From Sheuella sp. (lineage in GTDB: Bacteria > Pseudomonadota > Gammaproteobacteria > Burkholderiales > Burkholderiaceae_B): a DNA stretch of 64,000 nt. The notes under the pieces were generated by a model. That model worked only from the letters and a program-made list of their open reading frames with translations. It made no database searches and was not told the origin of the DNA. Below, piece by piece: positions 53,657 through 62,445 of this stretch. The translations under genes and the position numbers were made by a program. The stretch covers positions 3,951 through 67,950 of the forward strand of contig JAUSCY010000015.1 in assembly GCA_030650995.1 (NCBI GenBank). The letters run 5' to 3'. Position 1 is the stretch's first letter. Each line of letters opens with the position of its first letter.

Positions 53657-54436
53657 TTGAACGTAATGATTCAATTATGGCTCGCCTCCAGCGACTGGAC
53701 CATTATTGGCATACTGATCTTACTGTTTGGCGCAAGCGCATCCTTGCTTCACTATCTGTGCTTTCGAACAGCGACCCGAGAATTCGTTTTGAGTTTTAGC
53801 GGTGTTGTTGCGCCCTTTTTTGTGATGGCTGCAACTATCTTTGCCCTAACAACCGCGCTGCTAGGTAGCTCGGTCTGGCAAAATTTCCGCGATAGCAGTC
53901 AGGCGGTCAGAAACGAGAGTCAGGCCATTGTCATGTTCATTGACTTGAATCAGGCGCTTCCGCAACTGCAGGGGTATGGTCTGATTAAACTTGTAAAAAA
54001 CTACACACGTGCTGCTGTTGAGATTGAGTGGGATTCGCTTAAAAAGGGAAAAAAATCTAAAAAGGCAGATGATGAATTGATAGCATTGCTATCTACAACA
54101 ATCCTGGCTGCAAGCACGCCTGGGATACCTGATGCTATTTCGCGGTCACTGATGAAGTCTGTCGATGCCATTGTTCTCGCCCGAACGGCCCGCTTGAGTT
54201 TAATAAACTCCAAAACAGATCCTGCACGCTGGGTGTGTGTCATCCTGCTCGCCCTGCTCACCCAAATAGGCATTATCGCCGTACATCTGGAAAAATCACG
54301 TGCTTGCGCGCTCGCATTGTTCATCACGACAATCACAATTGTTGTCGCGCTCGGCTTGATCGCATTAACTGATGCACCGCATTCTGGAGTAGTTGCAGTG
54401 TCTATAGAGCCCTTGCAACAAATACTCAGGGAATAA
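53657..54436 (+). CDS. DUF4239-like (bestrophin-like) membrane protein
   Basis: 259 aa with two N-terminal TM segments, a helical soluble middle and two C-terminal TM segments, matching my memory of DUF4239. It starts at TTG 53657 (alternative ATG 53666). Confidence 0.45.
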   Translation: MNVMIQLWLASSDWTIIGILILLFGASASLLHYLCFRTATREFVLSFSGVVAPFFVMAATIFALTTALLGSSVWQNFRDSSQAVRNESQAIVMFIDLNQALPQLQGYGLIKLVKNYTRAAVEIEWDSLKKGKKSKKADDELIALLSTTILAASTPGIPDAISRSLMKSVDAIVLARTARLSLINSKTDPARWVCVILLALLTQIGIIAVHLEKSRACALALFITTITIVVALGLIALTDAPHSGVVAVSIEPLQQILRE

Positions 54437-54459
54437 TCGCATGGTTTCGCACGACATCT

Positions 54460-55716
54460 TCACTTCGCCTCACGTAATGCCTTGAGAACCTTCTGGCCTG
54501 CGCGGCCATCACCAGGCTGACCTGTTGAAGTTTGAAAGGCGCTGATCGCAACGCGTGTCTTAGCCCCCACCAAACCATCGGCTTCGCCAATATCGTAACC
54601 CCGCACAATCAGTAATCGCTGAATTTCTCGACGCTCTGCGCGGCTAGTACCGGGATCATCAGTTGGCCAGGGCGTTTGAATACCCGCCCCGCCTTTCATC
54701 CTGTCAGACAGGTGTGCAATTGACAAGGCATAAGATTCAGCGGCGTTATAACCGTAAATAGCATCAAAGTTTTTAAAAACCAGGAACGCAGGCCCTTTTG
54801 CTCCCGCAGGCAAAATGAGCGCAGCCTGAGTCGTTTCTGGGACCACCTGAGCCAAAGAATTGTTCGTGGTTTTTTTACCTGATGAAGCCATACGCTTAAC
54901 GCCAAGACTCTTCCACTGCGCAAGCGATTGTTTGGTTTTCCTACCTGAAGGCCCAGAATAATTCTCAGGCAATGTCACCTCATATCCCCAGGGCTGACCG
55001 GTTATCCAACCCGCCTTTTTAAGAAAATTTGCAGTAGACCCAAGCGCATCCGGAATCGAGTTCACGATATCGCGCCTGCCATCACCGTCAAAATCAACTG
55101 CCAGTCGCTGATAAGTAGTTGGCATAAACTGCGTTTGCCCAAAGGCTCCTGCCCATGAGCCAACAAGATACTCAGGAGCGATGTCTCCCGACTGGAGGAT
55201 GCGCAGAGTCGCCATCAGCTCTCCTCGAAAAAACGTTTCACGTTTATTTGCACAAACAAGTGTTGCCAAAGAACGCACAAGCTCTCTGCGTCCCTTGATG
55301 GCGCCGAAGTTCGACTCCACCCCCCAAACAGCCACAATAGCGTGACGATCGACGCCATACTCCTGCTCCGCCTGAGCAAGTACCTGTGCCCATTTCGATA
55401 GCTGCGCACGCCCCTCTTGAACACGCTCATCATCCACCAGGCCAGATATGTAATCCCAGATCGGTGTTCTGAACTCAGGCTGATAATCGTAAGCTTTGAG
55501 TACGTCCGGATCGGGTTCTACGCCTTTGATTGCCTGATCAAAAGTTTGAGCGCTGATTCCCTGAGTCAGTGCAGACTTACGCAGGCTCGTGATGCAGGAG
55601 TCAAAGCTCTGAGCATGCGTATTGAATGCAGGCAGTGCGCATGCAACCAGAAAAAGCACGCTCGCGGAAATACGCCCGAAGTGAGCACACGGCGACACGT
55701 TAAAAAATAGTTTCAT
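54460..55716 (-). CDS. Lytic murein transglycosylase (MltB family) with a C-terminal peptidoglycan-binding domain
   Basis: 418 aa with a signal peptide. It contains AIVAVWGVESNFG, GSWAGAFGQTQFMP and a C-terminal PG_binding_1-like IQRLLIVRGYDIGEADGLVGAKTRVAISAFQ. Confidence 0.85.
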   Translation of the reverse strand: MKLFFNVSPCAHFGRISASVLFLVACALPAFNTHAQSFDSCITSLRKSALTQGISAQTFDQAIKGVEPDPDVLKAYDYQPEFRTPIWDYISGLVDDERVQEGRAQLSKWAQVLAQAEQEYGVDRHAIVAVWGVESNFGAIKGRRELVRSLATLVCANKRETFFRGELMATLRILQSGDIAPEYLVGSWAGAFGQTQFMPTTYQRLAVDFDGDGRRDIVNSIPDALGSTANFLKKAGWITGQPWGYEVTLPENYSGPSGRKTKQSLAQWKSLGVKRMASSGKKTTNNSLAQVVPETTQAALILPAGAKGPAFLVFKNFDAIYGYNAAESYALSIAHLSDRMKGGAGIQTPWPTDDPGTSRAERREIQRLLIVRGYDIGEADGLVGAKTRVAISAFQTSTGQPGDGRAGQKVLKALREAK

Positions 55717-55890
55717 GTTTTGACTTTATTTTTTTACCTTGATTAGCATGCTAATTCACAACTTTGGTGTTTAGTCACACTAGTGTTTGCCCTCATATTT
55801 TAGATGTATATCGAATATGTTTGGGCGCTAAACTGCTTAACTAGGCGGCATGTACAACAAATCAAACCAGCCGGACTTCAGGGAGAAGAC

Positions 55891-56892
55891 ATGAATAAAA
55901 AAAGTGATTTTTTTACTTCAACATTGCGCAGGCGTTTGGGCATGATTGCGCTAGCGCTAGGCAGTGGATTCGCGTCGTTTGCGTCTCAAGCACAAAACTA
56001 CCCCAATAAACCAATCAAATTCATCGTGCCATTTTCTGCAGGAACAACCACTGACGTAATTGGGCGACTCTATGCTCAAAAACTAGGTGAAGTCCTTGGT
56101 CAGACCGTCGTAGTGGACAATAAAGCCGGTGCGGGTGGCAATATCGCTGCAGAGTATGTCGCTCGCGCCGCACCAGATGGCTACACACTGACTTTTTCTA
56201 CCAGTGCAACTCATGCAACAAATCCTGCGCTTTATTCGCAGATCTCATTTGATCCGATCAAAGACTTCACCCATATTGCATTGATGGTGTCGGCGCCGAA
56301 TATGCTGGTCGTCAATCAAAAGATACCTGTCAGCAATATGGCAGAGCTGATTGCCTACGCCAAAGCCAATCCGGGCAAACTGACCTATATTTCAGCGGGC
56401 TCGGGTACCTCGCCGCACATGGCTGGAGAGCTGCTCAAGACGATGACTGGGATTGATATCCAGCACGTACCTTATAAAAATATTACTCAAGGCCTGACAG
56501 ACCTGTTCGCGGGTGAGGTCTCAATGACTTTTTATCATGTACCTGTCATCTACCCTCACGTTAAATCTGGTCAACTCAAAGCACTCGGTGTTGCTACGGC
56601 TGAGCGAAGCCCCATCGCCCCGGAGGTTCCTCCCATTGGTGAGACGGTCATCGGCTATGAACTGCGCCCCTGGTGGGGACTGTCAGGCCCTGCTGGCATG
56701 CCGAAGGACGTTGTCGATAAACTCTATCAAGCCACCACCAAAGTATTGAATGATCCCGCTGTACAGAAAAGATTTATCGAACTTGGCATGATCATCACGC
56801 CTATGACTCATCAGGCGTTCAATGACTTTACAGTTACTGAGATCGTTAAATGGGGCAAGATAGTTCGCGAATCTGGTGCCAAAGCTAATTGA
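55891..56892 (+). CDS. Bug-family (TctC-like) tripartite tricarboxylate transporter substrate-binding protein
   Basis: Signal peptide, then YPNKPIKFIVPFSAGTTTDVIGR, which is diagnostic of Bug/TctC proteins. I chose the ATG at 55891, which has a GGGAGAAG RBS. Confidence 0.85.
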   Translation: MNKKSDFFTSTLRRRLGMIALALGSGFASFASQAQNYPNKPIKFIVPFSAGTTTDVIGRLYAQKLGEVLGQTVVVDNKAGAGGNIAAEYVARAAPDGYTLTFSTSATHATNPALYSQISFDPIKDFTHIALMVSAPNMLVVNQKIPVSNMAELIAYAKANPGKLTYISAGSGTSPHMAGELLKTMTGIDIQHVPYKNITQGLTDLFAGEVSMTFYHVPVIYPHVKSGQLKALGVATAERSPIAPEVPPIGETVIGYELRPWWGLSGPAGMPKDVVDKLYQATTKVLNDPAVQKRFIELGMIITPMTHQAFNDFTVTEIVKWGKIVRESGAKAN

Positions 56893-56902
56893 TTTTTACT
56901 GA

Positions 56903-57967
56903 ATGACTCAAACCATGACGATAATAAATACGCGTAGTTCTTTACTTCCTACAACCGTTGTCGGTAGCTATCCGCAACCGGACTGGCTAGTCGATCGTGA
57001 GATGCTGTCAAAGGGCGTACCGCGCACACGTATGCAAGCGCTATGGAGAATTCCGGAGCAATATCTTGAGCAGGCGCAAAATGACGCGACCCTTCTCGCG
57101 ATCCGGGATATGGAACGCGCTGGTATCGACATCATCACTGATGGAGAAATTCGTCGAGAGAGCTATTCAAATCGTTTTGCTAACTCACTTGAAGGCATTG
57201 ACGATCAGCAACCCGCAATTGTCATATCCAAGGCCGGTATTGAAACGCCCATTCCGCGCGTGGTCGGAAAAATCATGCGTACACATGCCGTCGAGGTCAA
57301 AGACCTGCAGTTCCTCAAAGCGAATACCCGCCGCCAATGCAAAATTACATTACCCGGCCCTTTTACGCTCGGCAAGCAGGCAAAAGATGAGTACTACCAT
57401 GACGATGAAGAAATGGTCATGGACTTTGCTGCTGCGGTTAACGCCGAAGCGCTAGCGCTACAGCAAGCGGGTGCGGACATTATCCAGTTTGATGAGCCTT
57501 GGCTTAGACAAGACCCGGAGGCTGCCAATCGCTATGCAGTCAAAGCAATTAACCGCGCACTGCAGGGACTGACTATTCCGACAGTTGTTCACCTCTGCTT
57601 TGGCTATGCCGCTGTCGTTAAAGGTCAAAAACCAACGGGCTATTCGTTTTTACCCGGGCTGAGTGACTCGATCGCATCACAGATTTCCATTGAGGCCGCT
57701 CAGCCCAAGCTGGATCTGGGCGTGCTGAGTGATCTGGCTGGTAAGAAAATCATGTTGGGGGTGCTGGATCTGGGAACCAATGCGATCGAAACACCTAAAC
57801 AGGTGGCCGATCGCATTCGAGCCGGGCTGAAATATGTGCGTGCCGAAAATCTGATCCCTGCGCCGGACTGCGGCATGAAATATATGCCGCGTGATGTGGC
57901 ATTTGGGAAGTTACAAGCACTGGCGCAAGGAGCGAAGATCGTTAGAGACGAGCTACTTAATCCTTAA
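56903..57967 (+). CDS. Cobalamin-independent methionine-synthase catalytic-domain (MetE C-terminal-like) family protein
   Basis: 354 aa with TTVVGSYPQPDWL and the Zn-ligand contexts VVHLCFGY and PDCGMKY. It has only the single catalytic domain, about half the size of MetE. Confidence 0.7.
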   Translation: MTQTMTIINTRSSLLPTTVVGSYPQPDWLVDREMLSKGVPRTRMQALWRIPEQYLEQAQNDATLLAIRDMERAGIDIITDGEIRRESYSNRFANSLEGIDDQQPAIVISKAGIETPIPRVVGKIMRTHAVEVKDLQFLKANTRRQCKITLPGPFTLGKQAKDEYYHDDEEMVMDFAAAVNAEALALQQAGADIIQFDEPWLRQDPEAANRYAVKAINRALQGLTIPTVVHLCFGYAAVVKGQKPTGYSFLPGLSDSIASQISIEAAQPKLDLGVLSDLAGKKIMLGVLDLGTNAIETPKQVADRIRAGLKYVRAENLIPAPDCGMKYMPRDVAFGKLQALAQGAKIVRDELLNP

Positions 57968-58760
57968 GTGGATTACCCATCGCAGCATTAGCTTCTTGTG
58001 CTCTGGCTGGACCACGTAAAAATCTCGCGACCCCCACGGCAACCAGCACACCGATCAAAGATCCGCAGGGATAAATCCAGTACGTTGAAAAATCGCCTCG
58101 GGCAAAGTCCGGACCAAACGCTCTCGCAGGATTAAAAGCCGCGCCATCAAAAGGTCCCCCCATCGTCCCCATCGCCATCACATAAGCACCCACAGCAAGC
58201 GGGACCGAACTACCATCGAGCTTGGGTCCGTTGGTCATGCCCAGTATCACCAAAACCATACCAAAGGTCAGGATCGCCTCCAGTGCAACGGCCTGGTAAT
58301 GCATGCCAGGCTGAGGCACTGTGGCGGCAAGGTTACCGCCCGAACCAAATAACGCCTCAGCAGTACACGACCCGACTGCGGCTGCAAAAAATTGCACCGC
58401 AATATAGCAAATCGTCATTGGGATACCAATATCACCACGCAAAGCAAACCCCAGCGTCATCGCAGGGTTGAAATGGGAGGAAATATCACCCAGAAAATAA
58501 ACCGCGACGACCAGCCACAGCGCTGCAATGGCTGACAGGATAAATGCAAACTGATAAGGAGCAAGCGTCCCGCCACCATAGCCAGCAAGTATTGCTGCAC
58601 CGCCCGACAAAACAAAAGTCAGACCGGACGTACCGATAAACTCGGAAAGCAGCCTCCTTGCTCGATGATCATCACTTTTCCAGTCTGCATAAAACCGATC
58701 ACCAACCTGCTGACGCAAGGCCTGTTGACCAGAAAGCGGGGATTCAACGCTTGAACTCAT
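57957..58760 (-). CDS. MIP/aquaporin-family channel
   Basis: 267 aa with six TM segments and both NPA boxes (HFNPAMT, AFNPARA). It has about 35 extra N-terminal residues and lies 13 nt downstream of fumC. Confidence 0.85.
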   Translation of the reverse strand: MSSSVESPLSGQQALRQQVGDRFYADWKSDDHRARRLLSEFIGTSGLTFVLSGGAAILAGYGGGTLAPYQFAFILSAIAALWLVVAVYFLGDISSHFNPAMTLGFALRGDIGIPMTICYIAVQFFAAAVGSCTAEALFGSGGNLAATVPQPGMHYQAVALEAILTFGMVLVILGMTNGPKLDGSSVPLAVGAYVMAMGTMGGPFDGAAFNPARAFGPDFARGDFSTYWIYPCGSLIGVLVAVGVARFLRGPARAQEANAAMGNPLKD

Positions 58761-58773
58761 CTTTGTTCTCTCA

Positions 58774-60240
58774 TCAGCTTTTAGCAGCAGGAACGTCGGC
58801 TGAGCCAGGTTTGGTCATATTGATCGGCACAACAATACGATCAAACAATGCTTCGTCCACGCCTTTTGCCAAAGCTGCTTGCTTGAGCGTCGTATCGTTA
58901 TCAATCGCGTAATGTGCGATATCAGAGGCTTTGTCGTAACCGATCACAGGCGAGAGGGCCGTGACCATCATGACTGAACGTTCAATGTTGGACTTAAGTT
59001 GCGCCTCGTTGACGACCGCACCCTCGATCATGAACTCACGGAAATGGTCACACATATCTGCCATGATCAGGGCGGAGTGCAAGTAGTTGTTAATGATAAT
59101 GGGACGGAAAGCGTTCAACTCAAAATTGCCTTCTGATCCGCCCATTTGCACGGCAACATCAGAACCCATGATTTCGATACAAACCATCAGCATCGCTTCG
59201 GCCTGGGTAGGATTGACCTTACCCGGCATGATCGAAGAGCCTGGCTCATTCGATGGAAATGTCATTTCCATCAGACCAGTACGGGGACCCGAGCCCAGCC
59301 AGCGCATATCATTTGCAATCTTGTAGAGCGAAACAGCGGCTGTCTTTAACGCAGCATGACCACGCACCATACGATCCAGTGTGCCCTGAGCGGTAAATTT
59401 ATTCGTCGCGGTTTTTATCGGAAAACCTGTCAGCTGCGTCAACACAGCAGCCACCTCATCACCAAACCCTACAGGTGAATTGAGTCCGGTACCCACTGCA
59501 GTACCGCCCATCGCAACTTGCAACAGCCCTTGTGTTGCGTATTCAACGTCGACAATCGCATCATCGAGTGCGCCAACATAGCCTGACCACTCCTGCCCCA
59601 CGGTCAAAGGCGTCGCATCCTCTAGATGCGTACGGCCAATTTTGACAATAGATGCCCATTGTTTTGATTTGACATCCAGCGCATCACGCAGACGCTTGAG
59701 CGCTGGGATGGTTTTTTCAGTTGCCATTTTGTAGGCAGCAATATGCATCGCGGTCGGAAACGTATCGTTACTCGACTGACCCATGTTGACGTGATCATTG
59801 GGGTGAATGGGTTCCTGAGATCCCAACGTGCCGCCCACGAGTTGAATGCAGCGGTTAGAAATTACCTCGTTCACATTCATATTGGATTGCGTGCCTGACC
59901 CGGTTTGCCAGACGTAAAGCGGAAACTCGCTATCGAGTTTTCCACTGATCGCTTCGTCTGCAACCTGTTGAATCAATTGACCCTTCCATGGTGGCAGGCG
60001 ACCCGCTTTGGTATTCACAATGGCAGCAGCTTTTTTGACATAACCATAGGCGTGATAGACCTCTTTAGGCATCTTGTCATGACCGATATTGAAATGAATC
60101 AAGCTACGCTGAGTTTGTGCGCCCCAATAGTGATCCGCAGGCACTTGTACCTTACCAATACTATCGAATTCCTCGCGCAAACCCGTTGCGGAAAGACCGA
60201 TCGGCAAGTTCAGGATTTTGGGGGTTGATTCAGTGGTCAT
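58774..60240 (-). CDS. fumC: Class II fumarate hydratase
   Basis: 488 aa with VPADHYWGAQTQRS and the lyase signature GSSIMPGKVNPTQAEA, which is the FumC-type context rather than the AspA-type. Confidence 0.85.
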   Translation of the reverse strand: MTTESTPKILNLPIGLSATGLREEFDSIGKVQVPADHYWGAQTQRSLIHFNIGHDKMPKEVYHAYGYVKKAAAIVNTKAGRLPPWKGQLIQQVADEAISGKLDSEFPLYVWQTGSGTQSNMNVNEVISNRCIQLVGGTLGSQEPIHPNDHVNMGQSSNDTFPTAMHIAAYKMATEKTIPALKRLRDALDVKSKQWASIVKIGRTHLEDATPLTVGQEWSGYVGALDDAIVDVEYATQGLLQVAMGGTAVGTGLNSPVGFGDEVAAVLTQLTGFPIKTATNKFTAQGTLDRMVRGHAALKTAAVSLYKIANDMRWLGSGPRTGLMEMTFPSNEPGSSIMPGKVNPTQAEAMLMVCIEIMGSDVAVQMGGSEGNFELNAFRPIIINNYLHSALIMADMCDHFREFMIEGAVVNEAQLKSNIERSVMMVTALSPVIGYDKASDIAHYAIDNDTTLKQAALAKGVDEALFDRIVVPINMTKPGSADVPAAKS

Positions 60241-60411
60241 GGATACATCCTAAAAAAATTTATAACGGATTGAACAAGACAATTATCTATACTGCCTGAC
60301 TATGCACACTGCAAAAAACTAAATACTTTCAAATTTTATCATCACATCTTGTTACAAAATAGTCCTTTATAGGGATTGCGATATGGGCACTGACATCAGT
60401 AAAATTTCGTC

Positions 60412-60651
60412 ATGGAAATCAGACTCGCTCGCTTAGAAACTATTATTCCCACACTCGCTACTCGCGAGGATTTAAAGTGCCTGGAATCCCGGATGAACGC
60501 CATCGAATCCCGGATGAACGCATCCATGAGTCGAATGGAGACAACTTTGCACAGCGAAATGAACAAGCAAACATGGCGCATCATTGCGTTGTTAGCAGGG
60601 TTACTGCCTTCCCTTTTCGCTGCGGCAATTTATGTCGTGAAAGGTGTGTAA
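60412..60651 (+). CDS. Small tail-anchored coiled-coil membrane protein (XhlA/DUF1640-like layout)
   Basis: 79 aa with heptad-like repeats ESRMNAI/ESRMNAS/MSRMETT and a C-terminal TM segment WRIIALLAGLLPSLFAAAIYVV. There is no SD, but a TTGCGA-18-TAAAAT promoter ends 7 nt before the ATG. Confidence 0.4.
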   Translation: MEIRLARLETIIPTLATREDLKCLESRMNAIESRMNASMSRMETTLHSEMNKQTWRIIALLAGLLPSLFAAAIYVVKGV

Positions 60652-60760
60652 AGAGCGTACCAAAGAAATACCAAAAATCACCGACCTTCGTAAAAGACAA
60701 AGCCCTTCGCAAAAGCCATCGGCTTAAAAATAAGTAATTCTTATAACCACAAAGTCTACC

Positions 60761-61558
60761 TCACCGCTCAAGCTTAAGCTCGACAACATGCAGGAGTCTG
60801 GCGATTTTTTCTGGGATGACTACCGGTTCGTCAATGAGTAGCCTGACTGCCCGATTATTTAGCACGACAACCTGTTTTGCATAGCGCAGCTCAGCGGGGA
60901 TCTCTACCCCGAATATGAAATGGGCGGTCCCGATATAACTCTTAAGATCCTTGGTATTCGCAAACACATCCTCAGCCGACTGATACGCAGTGATCAGCGT
61001 TGCGTTTTCCCGATACTGAAGCAGCGTTGCTTGTAATTTTTTTAATGTCTCGTGACTTTCCTCGAGTAATTCAAGCTTGGAATTTTTCGTCCCAAACATA
61101 AATTTCTGGAAAAGATAAAAAATCATTACCCCAACAAAAACACCAATAGTTCTGTCAATCACAAATGATGTCGGCGCAAAAGAGGTGTAAGGCATATTCA
61201 TGTATGTATAGCCCATACAGGTACAGGTCGTGATAACAAGAATGAAGTATTTGTATGGCCTAGTCATCATGAACCCTGCGACTAATGCCAGTAAAAAAGC
61301 GACGACTGGAAGTTGCGAGGGGTTGAATCTCAGATAATATTCAATACAAAAGGCGATCAAAACGCCTACTAGCGTCCCAAGGAATCGATCTCTTGCCTTT
61401 TCAAAACCTAAAAATGTGCTGATCGGACCCGCGACAACGAGCGTCGAGTAGACAACCCAAATCGCTTGTTCCCAATTACTGATTGTGTAGAACAAAAAGG
61501 AAACAGCGACCATGATCGTAATCTGATGAATACGTGTTCGGGTCGCTACGCTTGACAT
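60761..61558 (-). CDS. Half-size FUSC/AaeB-like efflux membrane protein (second half-gene)
   Basis: 265 aa. It contains W.VYSTLVVAGP...F.KARDRFLGTLVGVLIA, resembling the conserved FUSC block (W..LTAAIVAAGP....R...RIIGT.IG), followed by a helical cytoplasmic tail. Confidence 0.6.
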   Translation of the reverse strand: MSSVATRTRIHQITIMVAVSFLFYTISNWEQAIWVVYSTLVVAGPISTFLGFEKARDRFLGTLVGVLIAFCIEYYLRFNPSQLPVVAFLLALVAGFMMTRPYKYFILVITTCTCMGYTYMNMPYTSFAPTSFVIDRTIGVFVGVMIFYLFQKFMFGTKNSKLELLEESHETLKKLQATLLQYRENATLITAYQSAEDVFANTKDLKSYIGTAHFIFGVEIPAELRYAKQVVVLNNRAVRLLIDEPVVIPEKIARLLHVVELKLER

Positions 61559-62445
61559 GACTGATACCCCTCAATGAGTTGGGCTAGAACGGTATAAACA
61601 TGCGGATTCAACTCTTTGAGTTGCGTCAGCTGGCCATTCATATCGGTAAAGTTTGTCCGATGATTAATCGCCTCAATGAATTCGATCAAAATTAATTTCG
61701 CTAAGCGCTGGTCTTCGAGACTTGTTTGATTCGGTTTCATAAATTCATTTTGAAACTGAATGATGGCCGCATATAGCAAACCATATGAATCCGGAAGTGC
61801 AGGCAACTTTGCACGGATCATATACAGCCCAGCAAGTACATTGGGATTGCTATTTTTATAGTGTTTGTTTCCAATATTTCGGAGATCAGATTCCAGGATC
61901 TGGATCAATGCACTTTTAAATATATTAGGCGTGAAGTCTGGGAAAAAAATAATCGCAATGACACCCATGAGCCCAAACTCAAAGTAATACAGGTAATCAT
62001 TGAGCACCCCTATCAAGTCGGTGGCGGCTCCGCCCCCTAACTGCATGATTCCCCAAACAATCATGAAAACAGGCAAGGCTGCGACCTTGGTGTTGATCGC
62101 CATAAAACGCAATACTAGATACGTGAAAGAAATGACGACTAAAAACAGCCCCAACTTGAAATACGAAAATAAACTGAATAATGCCCCTGTTGTCGCAAGC
62201 ACAAGAAGAATTCCCAGAAAAATACCTACTTTTTTTAGTCTTGAATGAGCTGGCGACATTTCTGCAGCAGCTGTACCAACAAGAATGGCAAGCATGTAAG
62301 AAACTGGGGACTGGGGAGCCTTTAAAAAGGCGTTACACAGAAACATCAGAATAGCGACCGTGCCCATTTTGAGGGCCAGGATACGACAGATCCAGAAGGG
62401 ATCGTAGGCGTCTAGGAACTTATTATTAATTGTGAAGACGGACAT
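61546..62445 (-). CDS. Half-size FUSC-like efflux membrane protein (first half-gene)
   Basis: 299 aa with about 5-6 TM segments then a helical soluble tail, the same layout as the downstream gene but more divergent. It overlaps the hlyD-type stop by 20 nt and the next gene by 13 nt. Confidence 0.45.
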   Translation of the reverse strand: MSVFTINNKFLDAYDPFWICRILALKMGTVAILMFLCNAFLKAPQSPVSYMLAILVGTAAAEMSPAHSRLKKVGIFLGILLVLATTGALFSLFSYFKLGLFLVVISFTYLVLRFMAINTKVAALPVFMIVWGIMQLGGGAATDLIGVLNDYLYYFEFGLMGVIAIIFFPDFTPNIFKSALIQILESDLRNIGNKHYKNSNPNVLAGLYMIRAKLPALPDSYGLLYAAIIQFQNEFMKPNQTSLEDQRLAKLILIEFIEAINHRTNFTDMNGQLTQLKELNPHVYTVLAQLIEGYQSCQA

